From a virus, in IMG/VR virus record IMGVR_UViG_3300032435_000007: 62,752 nucleotides of DNA; one strand, given 5' to 3'. Within the stretch, counting starts at the first letter, position 1. Every line of letters begins with the position of its first letter. Positions 49,434 to 58,728 of the stretch are shown here, piece after piece. The translations under genes and the position numbers were made by a program. The notes below the pieces were generated by a model that was not told where the DNA came from, did no database searches, and saw nothing but the letters and a program-made list of their open reading frames with translations.

Positions 49434-51488
49434 TCACAACCGGCTGGTGGAGTAGCAATATTGACGCCAAAACCCGCCGCCATCACAGATAGCTATTATC
49501 GAGGCATTGGCGGGGAAGTTAGTACCCATATCGCTTCCGTAAGCGTAAGCGAAAGTGACCGCGCCACCGCTAATGTTGGAGAGCATCAAACCCTCCCCCG
49601 ATGCGTAGCCTGTTGACGGGAATGTTATTGTTATTCCCGAAGCTACGATAAGCACATTCGTTCCTTTGTCGGCGGCCCCTAGCGTCTTAGAAGCCCCGAC
49701 GACGTTCTGCCAGTTAGACTGAATGCCCGGTTTGTTTGACAGATTGGCAAACGATCCTGATGTGGCTACTGTGGCCAATCCCGTAACGTCGGCTGCGGGA
49801 ATTGTTGCAGACGCGGTAAAAGCAGATGTGCCGTTGCCTTTGGTGTAGCCGGTCAGTGTGGCTGCTCCTGTGCCACCATTGGCCACTGGCAACGTCCCAC
49901 TGACCTGTGTAGTTAGACTGACACCTGAAAGCGTTCCGCCAAGTGTAAGCGCACCAGAAGTGGTGACTGAACCCGTCAGGGTAATTCCATTGACTGAGCC
50001 AGAAGTGGTGACAGAAGTGACTGTACCCGTGTTCGATGTAAACCCAGATGGGTTGGCAGCGGCGTAAGCACCTAGCGCAGTAAGTGCAGCACCGGCAGAT
50101 GTAGCGCCTGTACCGCCGTTGGCGATAGGCAATGTTCCGCTTACTTGCGTAGTCAGGCTCACGCCTGAAAGGGTGCCGCCAAGGGTAAGGCTACCAGAAG
50201 TGGTGACTGTTCCAGAGAGCGTTATTCCATTGACCGATCCAGCCGTTCCAACAGAAGTGACTGTACCATTATTCTGTGCTGCAATTGTAACCGATCCGGC
50301 TCCATTGGTTACGGTAATGCCCGTTCCCGCAGTTAGAGTACCCTTAGCCAGTGTGCCGCCTGTTGTGTTCCCGATTAGCAATTGACCGTTCGTATATGCA
50401 GTTTGTCCCGTACCGCCTTGCGCCACAGTAACGGCTGTGTTGGAAGTCAAGACCGTGGCCGAAGCATTGGGGAAAGTAAATGTTTTGGCCGATGCAGATG
50501 GGCCGCTGACTGCGAAGAAGGAATTATTCGTTCCGCCGTTTGCTACAGGTAAGACACCGCTAACCTGTGTGGTCAGGCTCACGCCCGAAAGCGTACCACC
50601 GAGGGTGAGAGCGCCGGTAGTGGTGACTGAACCCGTCAGGGTGATTCCGTTGACTGAGCCTGCCGTAGTAACCGAAGTCACGGTTCCAGCGTTGTTGGTA
50701 TAGCCGCTAGGGTTGGAGGCCGCATAGGCTCCAAGGGCTGTAAGCGCCAAAGGTGCCGTTATTGCTCCAGTGCCGCCGTTGGCTATTGGTAACGTCCCGC
50801 TAACCTGTGTAGTCAGACTTACTCCAGAAAGCGTACCGCCGAGGGTTAAACTACCAGAGGTGGTGACTGAACCCGTCAGAGTGATTCCGTTGACTGAGCC
50901 AGAAGTGGTGACAGAAGTGACTGTACCGGTGTTGGTGGTGTAGCCGCTAGGGTTGGAGGCCGCATAGGCTCCAAGGGCTGTAAGCGCCAAAGGTGCCGTT
51001 ATTGCTCCAGTGCCGCCGTTGGCTATAGCAAGGGTTCCAGCCATCGTAACTACGCCAGAGGTGGTTACAGGACCGCCAGAGAAAGTAAGCCCGGTAGCCC
51101 CACCAGAAGCATTTATGCTAGTCACAGTACCTGTGGTAAGTCCTGCTGCGCCTATTGAAATACCCCCGTCACTATTAGTGATGGATATATTAGCCCCCGC
51201 AGTCAGGGTGGCTTTCGCTAATGTGCCGTCAGTTTTCCCTATAAGCAACTGACCATCAGTATATGTAGTCTGCCCAGTGCCGCCATAGGCTGTGGCTAGT
51301 TCAGTAGTGAGGGTTATCGTACCCCCTATAAAACTATCCGCGGTATAGGATTCTGCTTGGTTTGGAGTAAGGCTATCCAACTTATTAAAGTATATAGACA
51401 ACGAGCGAAGAAGCTGGTCCTGCTGCGCTTTGCTGTACTCTGTGGTCGCCAGCGGTAAAGGAGGGGCTTTAGAGCCTACTAGCGCCAT
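49434..51488 (-). CDS. tail fiber protein with ~80-aa repeat modules (684 aa)
   Basis: GTVTSVTTSGSVNGITLTGSVTTSG.LTLGGTLSGVSLTTQVSGTLP(I/V)ANGGTGA modules x5. An 86-bp perfect DNA repeat lies at 50701-50786 and 50941-51026. Confidence 0.75.
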   Translation of the reverse strand: MALVGSKAPPLPLATTEYSKAQQDQLLRSLSIYFNKLDSLTPNQAESYTADSFIGGTITLTTELATAYGGTGQTTYTDGQLLIGKTDGTLAKATLTAGANISITNSDGGISIGAAGLTTGTVTSINASGGATGLTFSGGPVTTSGVVTMAGTLAIANGGTGAITAPLALTALGAYAASNPSGYTTNTGTVTSVTTSGSVNGITLTGSVTTSGSLTLGGTLSGVSLTTQVSGTLPIANGGTGAITAPLALTALGAYAASNPSGYTNNAGTVTSVTTAGSVNGITLTGSVTTTGALTLGGTLSGVSLTTQVSGVLPVANGGTNNSFFAVSGPSASAKTFTFPNASATVLTSNTAVTVAQGGTGQTAYTNGQLLIGNTTGGTLAKGTLTAGTGITVTNGAGSVTIAAQNNGTVTSVGTAGSVNGITLSGTVTTSGSLTLGGTLSGVSLTTQVSGTLPIANGGTGATSAGAALTALGAYAAANPSGFTSNTGTVTSVTTSGSVNGITLTGSVTTSGALTLGGTLSGVSLTTQVSGTLPVANGGTGAATLTGYTKGNGTSAFTASATIPAADVTGLATVATSGSFANLSNKPGIQSNWQNVVGASKTLGAADKGTNVLIVASGITITFPSTGYASGEGLMLSNISGGAVTFAYAYGSDMGTNFPANASIIAICDGGGFWRQYCYSTSRL

Positions 51489-53407
51489 TATCGTTTACCT
51501 GACAACCGTGCGTCTAGCCGCGGGGCACCAAGCCTCCACTGCACCCCAAGGGTATCCGAGTTTATTTTTATAGCCATCTGCCGTGCGCGGGCGCGGATAA
51601 ACACCTGTTCTGTGTAAATATCAGCAGAGGCTTCAATTACATCCTGCGTATCAGCGGGATCATTTTGGTACGCGCTACCCGGAGAGCGCCGCGGGCGTAT
51701 CTCTAGACTCACTGTGGGGGTAGTTGCCGTAGAGCCATCGAACCGTAGATCAGGGATAAGCCGCTTGGTCAGCATAAAATCTTCCCCATCAGCAAGGTCG
51801 AAGTCATTAGACTGTATATAACTAGTCATTGCTACACCATCAGCATCAAGCCCATCTTCTTGGCTATACAACTTGCTGTTGGTTACAGTCGTCCCGTCCC
51901 AGTCACTTGTTGCGGAGACAATGTTGTTTCGCACAGAGGTATCAAGCCAAGCTGTCCTACCCATAGTGCCGTAGTACCACACCTGCTCCACATAATTATA
52001 AATCACATAGCGATCATTCCAGTTAGAAGACCCGCTGGGGTAGTGCCACCAAATTTCATCCCATGCTTCGTTGGTCCCACAGACAACCTGCTCCGCCTGC
52101 CCAAAGTTGAAATCTCCAAACACATAATCCGACACCGAACTTTCCAACGTCTGTACTTGACCGGTATATGTGTAGAATTTCCGGTTGCCCATCCAATACA
52201 CGACACTCCCGGAGGTTACGCAGGCGCGGGGAGACATAATGGATATGTTGCTAGCGTACTCCTGCATCCCAAATACATCTGTGGTCCCTAAAAATTGGAG
52301 GCCGTAGAGGGTGTTATCCGTCCACACCAATATTTCCTGCCGTGTAGGCATCGCGCGCACTATCATAGAACCACGGGATGCTCTCAGATCACCAGCGGTA
52401 TTTGTGACCGATGGCGTCCAGTCTTCAGGCGTGTCTTGATCCGCCCACCTTATAAGCATAGGGTCGAAATCGGTGGTATCAGTAGACCCGAAGGGCACCG
52501 CGCCAAACGCTAGTAGGTGCCTGTCATTTTGGGATATCAATATCTGGTTAACTTTAGAAGGAACGGCGTCGGGGTCAAACGCAGCCGCGGTGGCCAGCGA
52601 AGCAAGAGTAACCGCTTTAGTATCTAATGCTGTTCCGGGGTCCGCCAAAACCCCCCGCGCCCAGTAATATATAGACCCACCCCGTGGGGCCGCCACTAAG
52701 TCGTTATCAAAATTATCAAGCCACCAATCCCGCTGCGAGAAGTATATAGGGGTAGTAGAACCTAACCCCCAGGCGTCTCTCCCCCAAGTATCCGTACCCC
52801 ACCCATACCCGGCGGTTAACACCGGATTACCAGCGGCGAGTTCAAAATCTATACTGATAGTAGTGCCCCCACCTGTGGTGGTAGAGGTCGCCGCAGAGGT
52901 AGTTTCAAAAGAGAAAGATGAAGTCGTTACTACAGTAACCTCGTGGTTACCATTTAACTCCGCCACAGGAACACCACCAATATCCCCTACAACTCCACTA
53001 ATCGTGACAAAATCACCAGTACTAGCGTTATGCACCGTGCCTAGGGATACTGTTATTGTAGTAGTGCTAATAGTAGTCCCAATGGAGTTATCCGTATCTG
53101 GGGTGGACATAACAGGGTTAGTGGCCCGCAGAGGAGTAATATTATAAATATACCCCCCTACTTCCAGATAGAGTTTACTGTTTGTGCCCAAACTAAGTAT
53201 GTTATCATTGTAGGAAGTCACCCAGTTGTGCATTTGGCGGCACACCCCGCTGTAAGTGGTGGAAGTAGCGCTCTTCCACCCGCCTATCTTTTCTGGATAC
53301 CCCGTGCGGAAGCGAATTTTATCACACTCCCACCAGCCCCCTTCACCGGAATAGTTGGTGGTGTTGCGGTTAATCCCCGGTTGAAACTGGAGCTTTATGA
53401 ACGCCAT
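51488..53407 (-). CDS. tail structural protein, possibly tail tubular B / nozzle-like (639 aa)
   Basis: Sits between the fiber genes. The N-terminal GINRNTTNYSGEGGWWECDKIRFRTGYPEKIGGW pattern recalls podovirus tail proteins. From memory only. Confidence 0.45.
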   Translation of the reverse strand: MAFIKLQFQPGINRNTTNYSGEGGWWECDKIRFRTGYPEKIGGWKSATSTTYSGVCRQMHNWVTSYNDNILSLGTNSKLYLEVGGYIYNITPLRATNPVMSTPDTDNSIGTTISTTTITVSLGTVHNASTGDFVTISGVVGDIGGVPVAELNGNHEVTVVTTSSFSFETTSAATSTTTGGGTTISIDFELAAGNPVLTAGYGWGTDTWGRDAWGLGSTTPIYFSQRDWWLDNFDNDLVAAPRGGSIYYWARGVLADPGTALDTKAVTLASLATAAAFDPDAVPSKVNQILISQNDRHLLAFGAVPFGSTDTTDFDPMLIRWADQDTPEDWTPSVTNTAGDLRASRGSMIVRAMPTRQEILVWTDNTLYGLQFLGTTDVFGMQEYASNISIMSPRACVTSGSVVYWMGNRKFYTYTGQVQTLESSVSDYVFGDFNFGQAEQVVCGTNEAWDEIWWHYPSGSSNWNDRYVIYNYVEQVWYYGTMGRTAWLDTSVRNNIVSATSDWDGTTVTNSKLYSQEDGLDADGVAMTSYIQSNDFDLADGEDFMLTKRLIPDLRFDGSTATTPTVSLEIRPRRSPGSAYQNDPADTQDVIEASADIYTEQVFIRARARQMAIKINSDTLGVQWRLGAPRLDARLSGKR

Positions 53408-53931
53408 ATTATGCTCCAGTGTGTAGTTTGTACGGTGCAGTTGGGGCCATAAATCACATTTGTCTGGTTATCTGTTATCTTTAACCGATACACACCAGAT
53501 TTTACTATGGTCTGCCCTGTTCCAACGGCCACTGTGCGGGTAAAAGTTGTGGATACTGAAGTAGCAGTGTTAGCTGTGGCCACGTCCCCAGAGACGTATT
53601 CCCATAGGTAGGTGTATGGAGTGGACCCCCCCACAACCGTACCGCCAGTGGCCGAGGATGTGGTTGTCGTTACATTACCTGCACCTGACCGGATGTTAGC
53701 CCCGGAGACAAAAGTGGACCCCCCCAAAACCGCAAACTGGGATGTACCATAAAAGTTACGTATGGAAATCGCCCCAGTAGTGGGTACTGCCCCATAAGTA
53801 CCAGTAGTGCCCGTTGGGACATATGCCCCACCAGCATAATACTCACTTAACCCTATTGGGTTCGCCCCACCAAACTCCGTCTGGATACCAGATAAGGATA
53901 AGGGTGTGGTATCATTTGCGGGTAGTGCCAT
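53395..53931 (-). CDS. tail-fiber-associated protein (178 aa)
   Basis: N-terminal LSLSGIQTEFGGANPIGLSEYYAGG is a motif common in phage fiber or host-specificity proteins. Confidence 0.5.
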   Translation of the reverse strand: MALPANDTTPLSLSGIQTEFGGANPIGLSEYYAGGAYVPTGTTGTYGAVPTTGAISIRNFYGTSQFAVLGGSTFVSGANIRSGAGNVTTTTSSATGGTVVGGSTPYTYLWEYVSGDVATANTATSVSTTFTRTVAVGTGQTIVKSGVYRLKITDNQTNVIYGPNCTVQTTHWSIIWRS

Positions 53932-56656
53932 TATTTATTACCTTCACTGCATGACCACGTAGCACATCTACTTCTATTTTCAATTCCTTGATCGCTTGGA
54001 ATGCTACAGCAACCAGTTTTTCATAATCCACCGCGAGCGTATCATCGTTGCGGGTTCGTACTGCTAGTGGGAATACCGGCTCAATATCCTGCGCAATAAC
54101 CCCAAAATCTGCTTTGCGCATAAAATAATCATCTACCCCACCATGGGTTTCTATATATTCATCTGTCCAATCAAAAGTTTTCCCCCCAACAGCCATAATA
54201 ATATCAAGCGCTGCGCTGATAGGTTGTATATTTTCTTTCAGTCTGGCGTCCGAAGAGTAGTATGCAGTAACGTTATTTGTTGCACGGATTTCACCCGTAG
54301 TGCCTGATGGGGCCGTGCCTACCCCAAGGGAAACAAGCTGCGTACCGGTGCCATTAAAGATCGCCATAGAAGTAAATACGTTAGTGTTCCGAAGAATAAG
54401 AGAACCAGCAGAAGCGCTGCCCCCAGCTACATCAATATAGATTGTAGACGCAGTACCGAAGTTACGTACCCCAGAATTATCACCAATCTGTAAGGCTGTG
54501 GCCTCCGTTGCCGTAGAAACATACCCAACAGCGGTATAGGTGTTGCCCGTGTTCAGCGCGTTAGCTGTCGTAGCTGTCGTAGCTGTCGCTGCATTACCAC
54601 TAATACCTATATCCCAAGTACCAGTGGCCCCGGTGCCTGCCAAAGCTGGAACGCCTAGAGCCGTCCGCGCAGCGGAGGCAGACGTAGCGCCCGTACCACC
54701 GTTGGCCACAGCCAGCGTGCCCGCAAGGGTTAGAGTACCGGTAGAGTTAATAGGTCCCCCAGTGAAGGAAAGACCGGTAGTCCCACCCGAAGCATCCACA
54801 CTAGTAACCGCGGTAGAATTTATCGTCACCGACCCAGAACCATTAGTCACGGATATACCTGTGCCAGCCGTCAGAGTGGCTTTGGTAAGCCCGCCGCCTG
54901 TATCCCCGATAAGGAGTTGGCCGTTCATATAGGTCGTTTCACCTGTGCCGCCGCTAGTTTCCGCCAGTGTAGCGCTTAGACTCGCCGCGCTACCTGATAC
55001 GCTAATACCCCAAGTACCAGTGGCCCCGGTGCCTGCCAAAGCTGGAACACCTAGAGCCGTCCGCGCATTTGCCGCGGTTGTGGACCCCGTACCGCCGTTG
55101 GCTACAGCCAACGTACCTGCAAGGGTTAGGGTGCCTGAAGTAGTTATAGGCCCACCTGAAAAGGAAAGGCCGGTGGTTCCACCCGCCGCGTCCACGCTAG
55201 TAACAGCCCCACCGCCTGTCGCCGCAATAGTTATAGTCCCGGTGCCGTTTGTAACTGTAATACCTGCCCCCGCGGTTAGGGTGGCTTTAGACAGGGTGTT
55301 CCCTGTGGTGTTCCCAATAAGTAGTTGGCCGTTTGTGTAAGTAGTCTGCCCTGTACCACCACTGGCAACCGCGAGGGTCGCGCTAAGACTTGCAGAACTA
55401 CCGGCGATATTACCACTTACCTTGGAACCCGCAAGGGAGGTGATCCATGCTGGGTCGGCATAGGAGCCTGTGGTTACCACACCATTGGTAGCGGTGGCCG
55501 CGTTACCCGAAATGGCTATCCCCCATGTACCTGTCGCGTTCGTACCAGTAGTACTTGGCGCGCCTATGGTATTGTAACTGATGGTGCGTGCAGTAGAGCC
55601 ATCAAAAGTGGTCCCTGAAGCTGCCCCCAAACCACCATTGTTAAACGTAGACGCCGCCGCGGTAGCATTAGCCGTCGTAGCCGTCGTAGCCGTGGTCGCA
55701 GACGTAGCCGTGGTCGCAGACGTAGCCGTGGTCGCAGACGTAGCCGTTGCCGCGTTGCCACTAATAGATATACCCCAAGTGCCAGTGGCCCCGGTGCCTG
55801 CCAAAGCTGGAACACCGAGGGCTGTTCTGGCTGCCGAAGCCGTTGTGGACCCCGTACCACCGTTGGCTACAGCCAACGTGCCTGCAAGGGTTAGGGTGCC
55901 TGAAGTAGTTATAGGCCCCCCTGAAAAGGTAAGTCCTGTAGTTCCGCCCGAAGCATCCGTGCTGGTTACAGTCCCGTTGTTATCCGCAGCGATAGAAATT
56001 GTTCCGGTACCATTTGTAACGGTAACGCCTGTGCCAGCCGTCAGGGTGGCTTTAGATAGGGTATTCCCTGTGGTATTCCCGATAAGTATTTGGCCATTTG
56101 TGTAGGTAGTCTGCCCTGTACCACCCACTGCCACTGCCACAGTGCCGGAAGCTACGTTAGAACCATTAAAGTTGGTTAGCGAGGCTGCGCTGCCCGAATT
56201 TGAGCCAGTCCCCCCTGACGCTACAGGAAGAGGAGAGGATAGCGTCAGGGAAGATAAATGCGTTGTTACATCGACGACATTGGTGCCATTATTATAGACC
56301 CACATCGTCTTACCGGAAGGGACAGCCACACCCGTACCGGTGGAATTTTTCACCGTAATGGTATCCACACAGCCGTTGCTGATAATATATGCTTTTTCAA
56401 TTGCTGGCACGATAAGGTTTTGCGCCCCCCCGGAAGTACCAGTAAGGTTGAGCCGTATCTTACGCGCTGCTTGCGTGGTGTTGGTATCTGTTAATGTGAG
56501 CGTCACAGGGCCAGAGGTAAAGGTAACGCTGGCTGTAGCCGCGATTGCTTCCTCCACAGCCGTGCCGAGGTTCACGTTACTGACGTTCCCCCAAGTGGTG
56601 CTGTTTTCACCTGTGGCCATCAACTGGAACTTGAGGTTGCTATATGTGCTAGCCAT
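53912..56656 (-). CDS. tail fiber with repeat modules and a C-terminal S74-type intramolecular chaperone domain (914 aa)
   Basis: Repeated GGTTGL(T/S)FSGGPITTSGTLTLAGTLAVANGGTGSTTA modules. C-terminal SDARLKENI...GVIAQDIEPV...VDYEKL is the autoproteolytic chaperone pattern (53915-54253). Confidence 0.8.
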   Translation of the reverse strand: MASTYSNLKFQLMATGENSTTWGNVSNVNLGTAVEEAIAATASVTFTSGPVTLTLTDTNTTQAARKIRLNLTGTSGGAQNLIVPAIEKAYIISNGCVDTITVKNSTGTGVAVPSGKTMWVYNNGTNVVDVTTHLSSLTLSSPLPVASGGTGSNSGSAASLTNFNGSNVASGTVAVAVGGTGQTTYTNGQILIGNTTGNTLSKATLTAGTGVTVTNGTGTISIAADNNGTVTSTDASGGTTGLTFSGGPITTSGTLTLAGTLAVANGGTGSTTASAARTALGVPALAGTGATGTWGISISGNAATATSATTATSATTATSATTATTATTANATAAASTFNNGGLGAASGTTFDGSTARTISYNTIGAPSTTGTNATGTWGIAISGNAATATNGVVTTGSYADPAWITSLAGSKVSGNIAGSSASLSATLAVASGGTGQTTYTNGQLLIGNTTGNTLSKATLTAGAGITVTNGTGTITIAATGGGAVTSVDAAGGTTGLSFSGGPITTSGTLTLAGTLAVANGGTGSTTAANARTALGVPALAGTGATGTWGISVSGSAASLSATLAETSGGTGETTYMNGQLLIGDTGGGLTKATLTAGTGISVTNGSGSVTINSTAVTSVDASGGTTGLSFTGGPINSTGTLTLAGTLAVANGGTGATSASAARTALGVPALAGTGATGTWDIGISGNAATATTATTANALNTGNTYTAVGYVSTATEATALQIGDNSGVRNFGTASTIYIDVAGGSASAGSLILRNTNVFTSMAIFNGTGTQLVSLGVGTAPSGTTGEIRATNNVTAYYSSDARLKENIQPISAALDIIMAVGGKTFDWTDEYIETHGGVDDYFMRKADFGVIAQDIEPVFPLAVRTRNDDTLAVDYEKLVAVAFQAIKELKIEVDVLRGHAVKVINNGTTRK

Positions 56657-56679
56657 TATCTACCCTTACAATTGTTGTT

Positions 56680-56904
56680 TCATACTACCGGAATATCCCC
56701 CCAATCAGGGATTTGAATATCAGGCACGGCACTCCAGCCGGGATTCTGCCCATCAACTACATTACTCCAGTTTAACACCCCGCTTGTAAGGGCAAACGCG
56801 CTAACTCCTGCGACATATACAGGATAAATTAGCTTTATGGTAGCAGTTCCTGTGCTAGCTGTAGCAGAAATACCAGTAGTTGCTACGTTAATTGGGAGCG
56901 CCAC
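56680..56904 (-). CDS. hypothetical protein (74 aa)
   Basis: ORF immediately upstream of the fiber gene. Confidence 0.45.
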   Translation of the reverse strand: MALPINVATTGISATASTGTATIKLIYPVYVAGVSAFALTSGVLNWSNVVDGQNPGWSAVPDIQIPDWGDIPVV

Positions 56905-57043
56905 CTCCGCCGCCCGCCCCCTGAGAGGTCCCGTCCCCTAACCCTGAGCATCCTGAACCCCACGCCTCGAACGTGATCGACGTGACGCCCGAAGGGATAG
57001 TGAAGCTGCCTGTCCCGGTCGCAGTGACTGTTACGGTAGTCAT
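56888..57043 (-). CDS. short glycine-rich-domain-like ORF (51 aa), possibly a truncated remnant
   Basis: MTTVTVTATGTGSFTIPSGVTSITFEAWGSGCSG..GGGGGAPN*. ATGA-coupled to the upstream gene. The pattern looks like the N-terminus of longer Gly-rich phage proteins. Confidence 0.3.
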   Translation of the reverse strand: MTTVTVTATGTGSFTIPSGVTSITFEAWGSGCSGLGDGTSQGAGGGGGAPN

Positions 57044-57528
57044 TTGATTCTCTTCCCGAAGAACCAAGCCTTGTCACCGGAGAACGCTAGTAATGGTACG
57101 TAATCTATAACTAGCCGCAACGGCAGGGAGAGGGAGTTGAAGCTGTCCAGCACAAACCACTCCTCTTTCCCCCGCACTATAAGTAGCGCGTGGTCCCGCC
57201 GAGCTACCAAATCCTTAACCAGAAAAAGGTATATATCAGGGTCTTTGTATCCTGTGGATAGCAGGATAGCCCGTTTAACAAGGGCTATATCTTCACAGTC
57301 CCCATAACCCCTCTCCAAAGTTTCCTTCGGGGTGGTCCATTCATCCGTAGCGTCCGCTTGGTACATAATCTTCCTGTTCACCATAACATCCACAGTGCGG
57401 ATTCCCGCAATGTCGGGGCACATATCCTCGGGGAGTGAGATTTTATCACGTATATCCAGCCAGCGTTTATCGACCCGTCCTATAGGTATAGGCGTGTAAC
57501 CAAAAGCATCGGGAGGGCCGGAAGACAC
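57040..57528 (-). CDS. transglutaminase-like cysteine peptidase (BTLCP / LapG-like fold, 162 aa)
   Basis: YQADATDEWTTPKETLERGYGDCEDIALVKRAILL...RDHALLIV...WFVLDS gives a Cys-His-Asp arrangement as in BTLCP peptidases. No obvious signal peptide. Confidence 0.6.
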   Translation of the reverse strand: MSSGPPDAFGYTPIPIGRVDKRWLDIRDKISLPEDMCPDIAGIRTVDVMVNRKIMYQADATDEWTTPKETLERGYGDCEDIALVKRAILLSTGYKDPDIYLFLVKDLVARRDHALLIVRGKEEWFVLDSFNSLSLPLRLVIDYVPLLAFSGDKAWFFGKRIK

Positions 57529-57531
57529 GTA

Positions 57532-57789
57532 TTAGTCCTCCTGTTTGGTTTGGGGCCATGCCCCTATAAGCCCTAGCTTCGACTTGGCGCATTCAGCATA
57601 AAGGAATAGTAGGTCGGCTTCCCATTGCAACCTATCGGGGTCTACCAACGGGTTCGGTATTGGTTGGACCGCCATGCACGGTTGGGAGAGGTTCGCCGGA
57701 GGCTGCGGAATTGGCGGTAGCACGTACTGCTTCGAGCAGGCTGATAGCACCAGCAGGCACAGCGCACTGAACGGGAATTTTACGGTCAC
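57532..57789 (-). CDS. o-spanin (outer-membrane lipoprotein, Rz1-like, 85 aa)
   Basis: Lipobox LVLSAC at residues 13-18. Pro-rich. The start is embedded in the i-spanin gene in another frame. Confidence 0.75.
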   Translation of the reverse strand: MTVKFPFSALCLLVLSACSKQYVLPPIPQPPANLSQPCMAVQPIPNPLVDPDRLQWEADLLFLYAECAKSKLGLIGAWPQTKQED

Positions 57790-58027
57790 GGTATATCTCC
57801 CTCACTGTATTGCGAGTTTCTACTTTTTGTGGCTCCAAATCCTGCCGCCATATTTCGTACGCTGCGGCTTGTTGGTCCATTTTTTCTTGCATGTCGTCTT
57901 TAATCTTATTGGTTGCCTCGACCGCGGCTTTCGCCTCCGCATCAGCCTTCCAATCCCGGACTGTCCATCCACCAGCAGCGCCCACCAGAAGCGCACCCCC
58001 ACCAACATAAGCCCAAATTGGCATCAT
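57632..58027 (-). CDS. i-spanin (Rz-like, 131 aa)
   Basis: N-terminal TM helix WAYVGGGALLVGAAGGW followed by a charged coiled coil. Overlaps the o-spanin gene. Confidence 0.75.
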   Translation of the reverse strand: MMPIWAYVGGGALLVGAAGGWTVRDWKADAEAKAAVEATNKIKDDMQEKMDQQAAAYEIWRQDLEPQKVETRNTVREIYRDRKIPVQCAVPAGAISLLEAVRATANSAASGEPLPTVHGGPTNTEPVGRPR

Positions 58028-58326
58028 GGGGCGGGTTCCTCGTGTTTGGTTGTTGCGGCTATTTTATTATCCTCAATCGTCATACTGTCAGTTGTTATTT
58101 GTATATGCGCCCGTCGCCCAAGAACCCACCCTAACGCGGTTAGGCCTACCAGAACCTGTCCATGCGCGGCTAGAGCGAGTAAGAACGCATATGGTGGTGT
58201 GTTACGGACAAGGTATACCCCAACCGCGGCAAACAGTGTGAACACCATACACCCGCCACAGATTGCAATAAAAGCCCACGCACGCCGCCCATCATGAGTG
58301 GAGATAGGTGGCACGGGCCACTTCAT
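58024..58326 (-). CDS. holin candidate (100 aa, 2-3 TM segments)
   Basis: WAFIAICGGCMVFTLFAAVGVYLV and YAFLLALAAHGQVLVGLTALGWVL. Sits between the endolysin and spanin genes. Confidence 0.65.
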   Translation of the reverse strand: MKWPVPPISTHDGRRAWAFIAICGGCMVFTLFAAVGVYLVRNTPPYAFLLALAAHGQVLVGLTALGWVLGRRAHIQITTDSMTIEDNKIAATTKHEEPAP

Positions 58327-58709
58327 TTTGGGTATTTATTCCATGGTAACTGCCAGTGTGGCCCATCTTTGAATGTGCGCCAATCCCCACCCCACTCAAT
58401 TGGGACCCCTACATCTTCCGCCGCTTGTTTCACGGTTTTGGCAATCTTATAGTACAGCGGCCAATCCCAAGCCACCCTGCCACTAACCCAAGCGCCAAGG
58501 TCAACAGCGTGGCCGGTCAGGTGGCGGCTATTCATGGTTTTGGTCGCACCTTGCTTCATCAATTGTTTTTGGCGCGAGAGCAGGCGAACCCCTTCAAGCA
58601 CGGTGAAATCAATATCTGTTATTTCGATGGCGCGATGCACCACCTTTACAAGGTCTGGATGGACACCTTTCATCCGAGTGAGCGAGCGTGCCCCTAAGTT
58701 ATATGCCAT
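58323..58709 (-). CDS. endolysin, peptidase M15 (VanY / L-alanyl-D-glutamate peptidase type, 128 aa)
   Basis: SRHLTGHAVDL (SxHxxGxAxD) and a C-terminal DGPHWQL metal-ligand pattern. Confidence 0.8.
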   Translation of the reverse strand: MAYNLGARSLTRMKGVHPDLVKVVHRAIEITDIDFTVLEGVRLLSRQKQLMKQGATKTMNSRHLTGHAVDLGAWVSGRVAWDWPLYYKIAKTVKQAAEDVGVPIEWGGDWRTFKDGPHWQLPWNKYPK

Positions 58710-58728
58710 GTTTTACCCCTCCTTCATC

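Noticed and set aside
49434-56656. A diversity-generating retroelement acting on the repeat-rich fibers
   Set aside because: There is no reverse transcriptase gene anywhere in the genome. I saw no template/variable repeat pair with adenine-specific differences.
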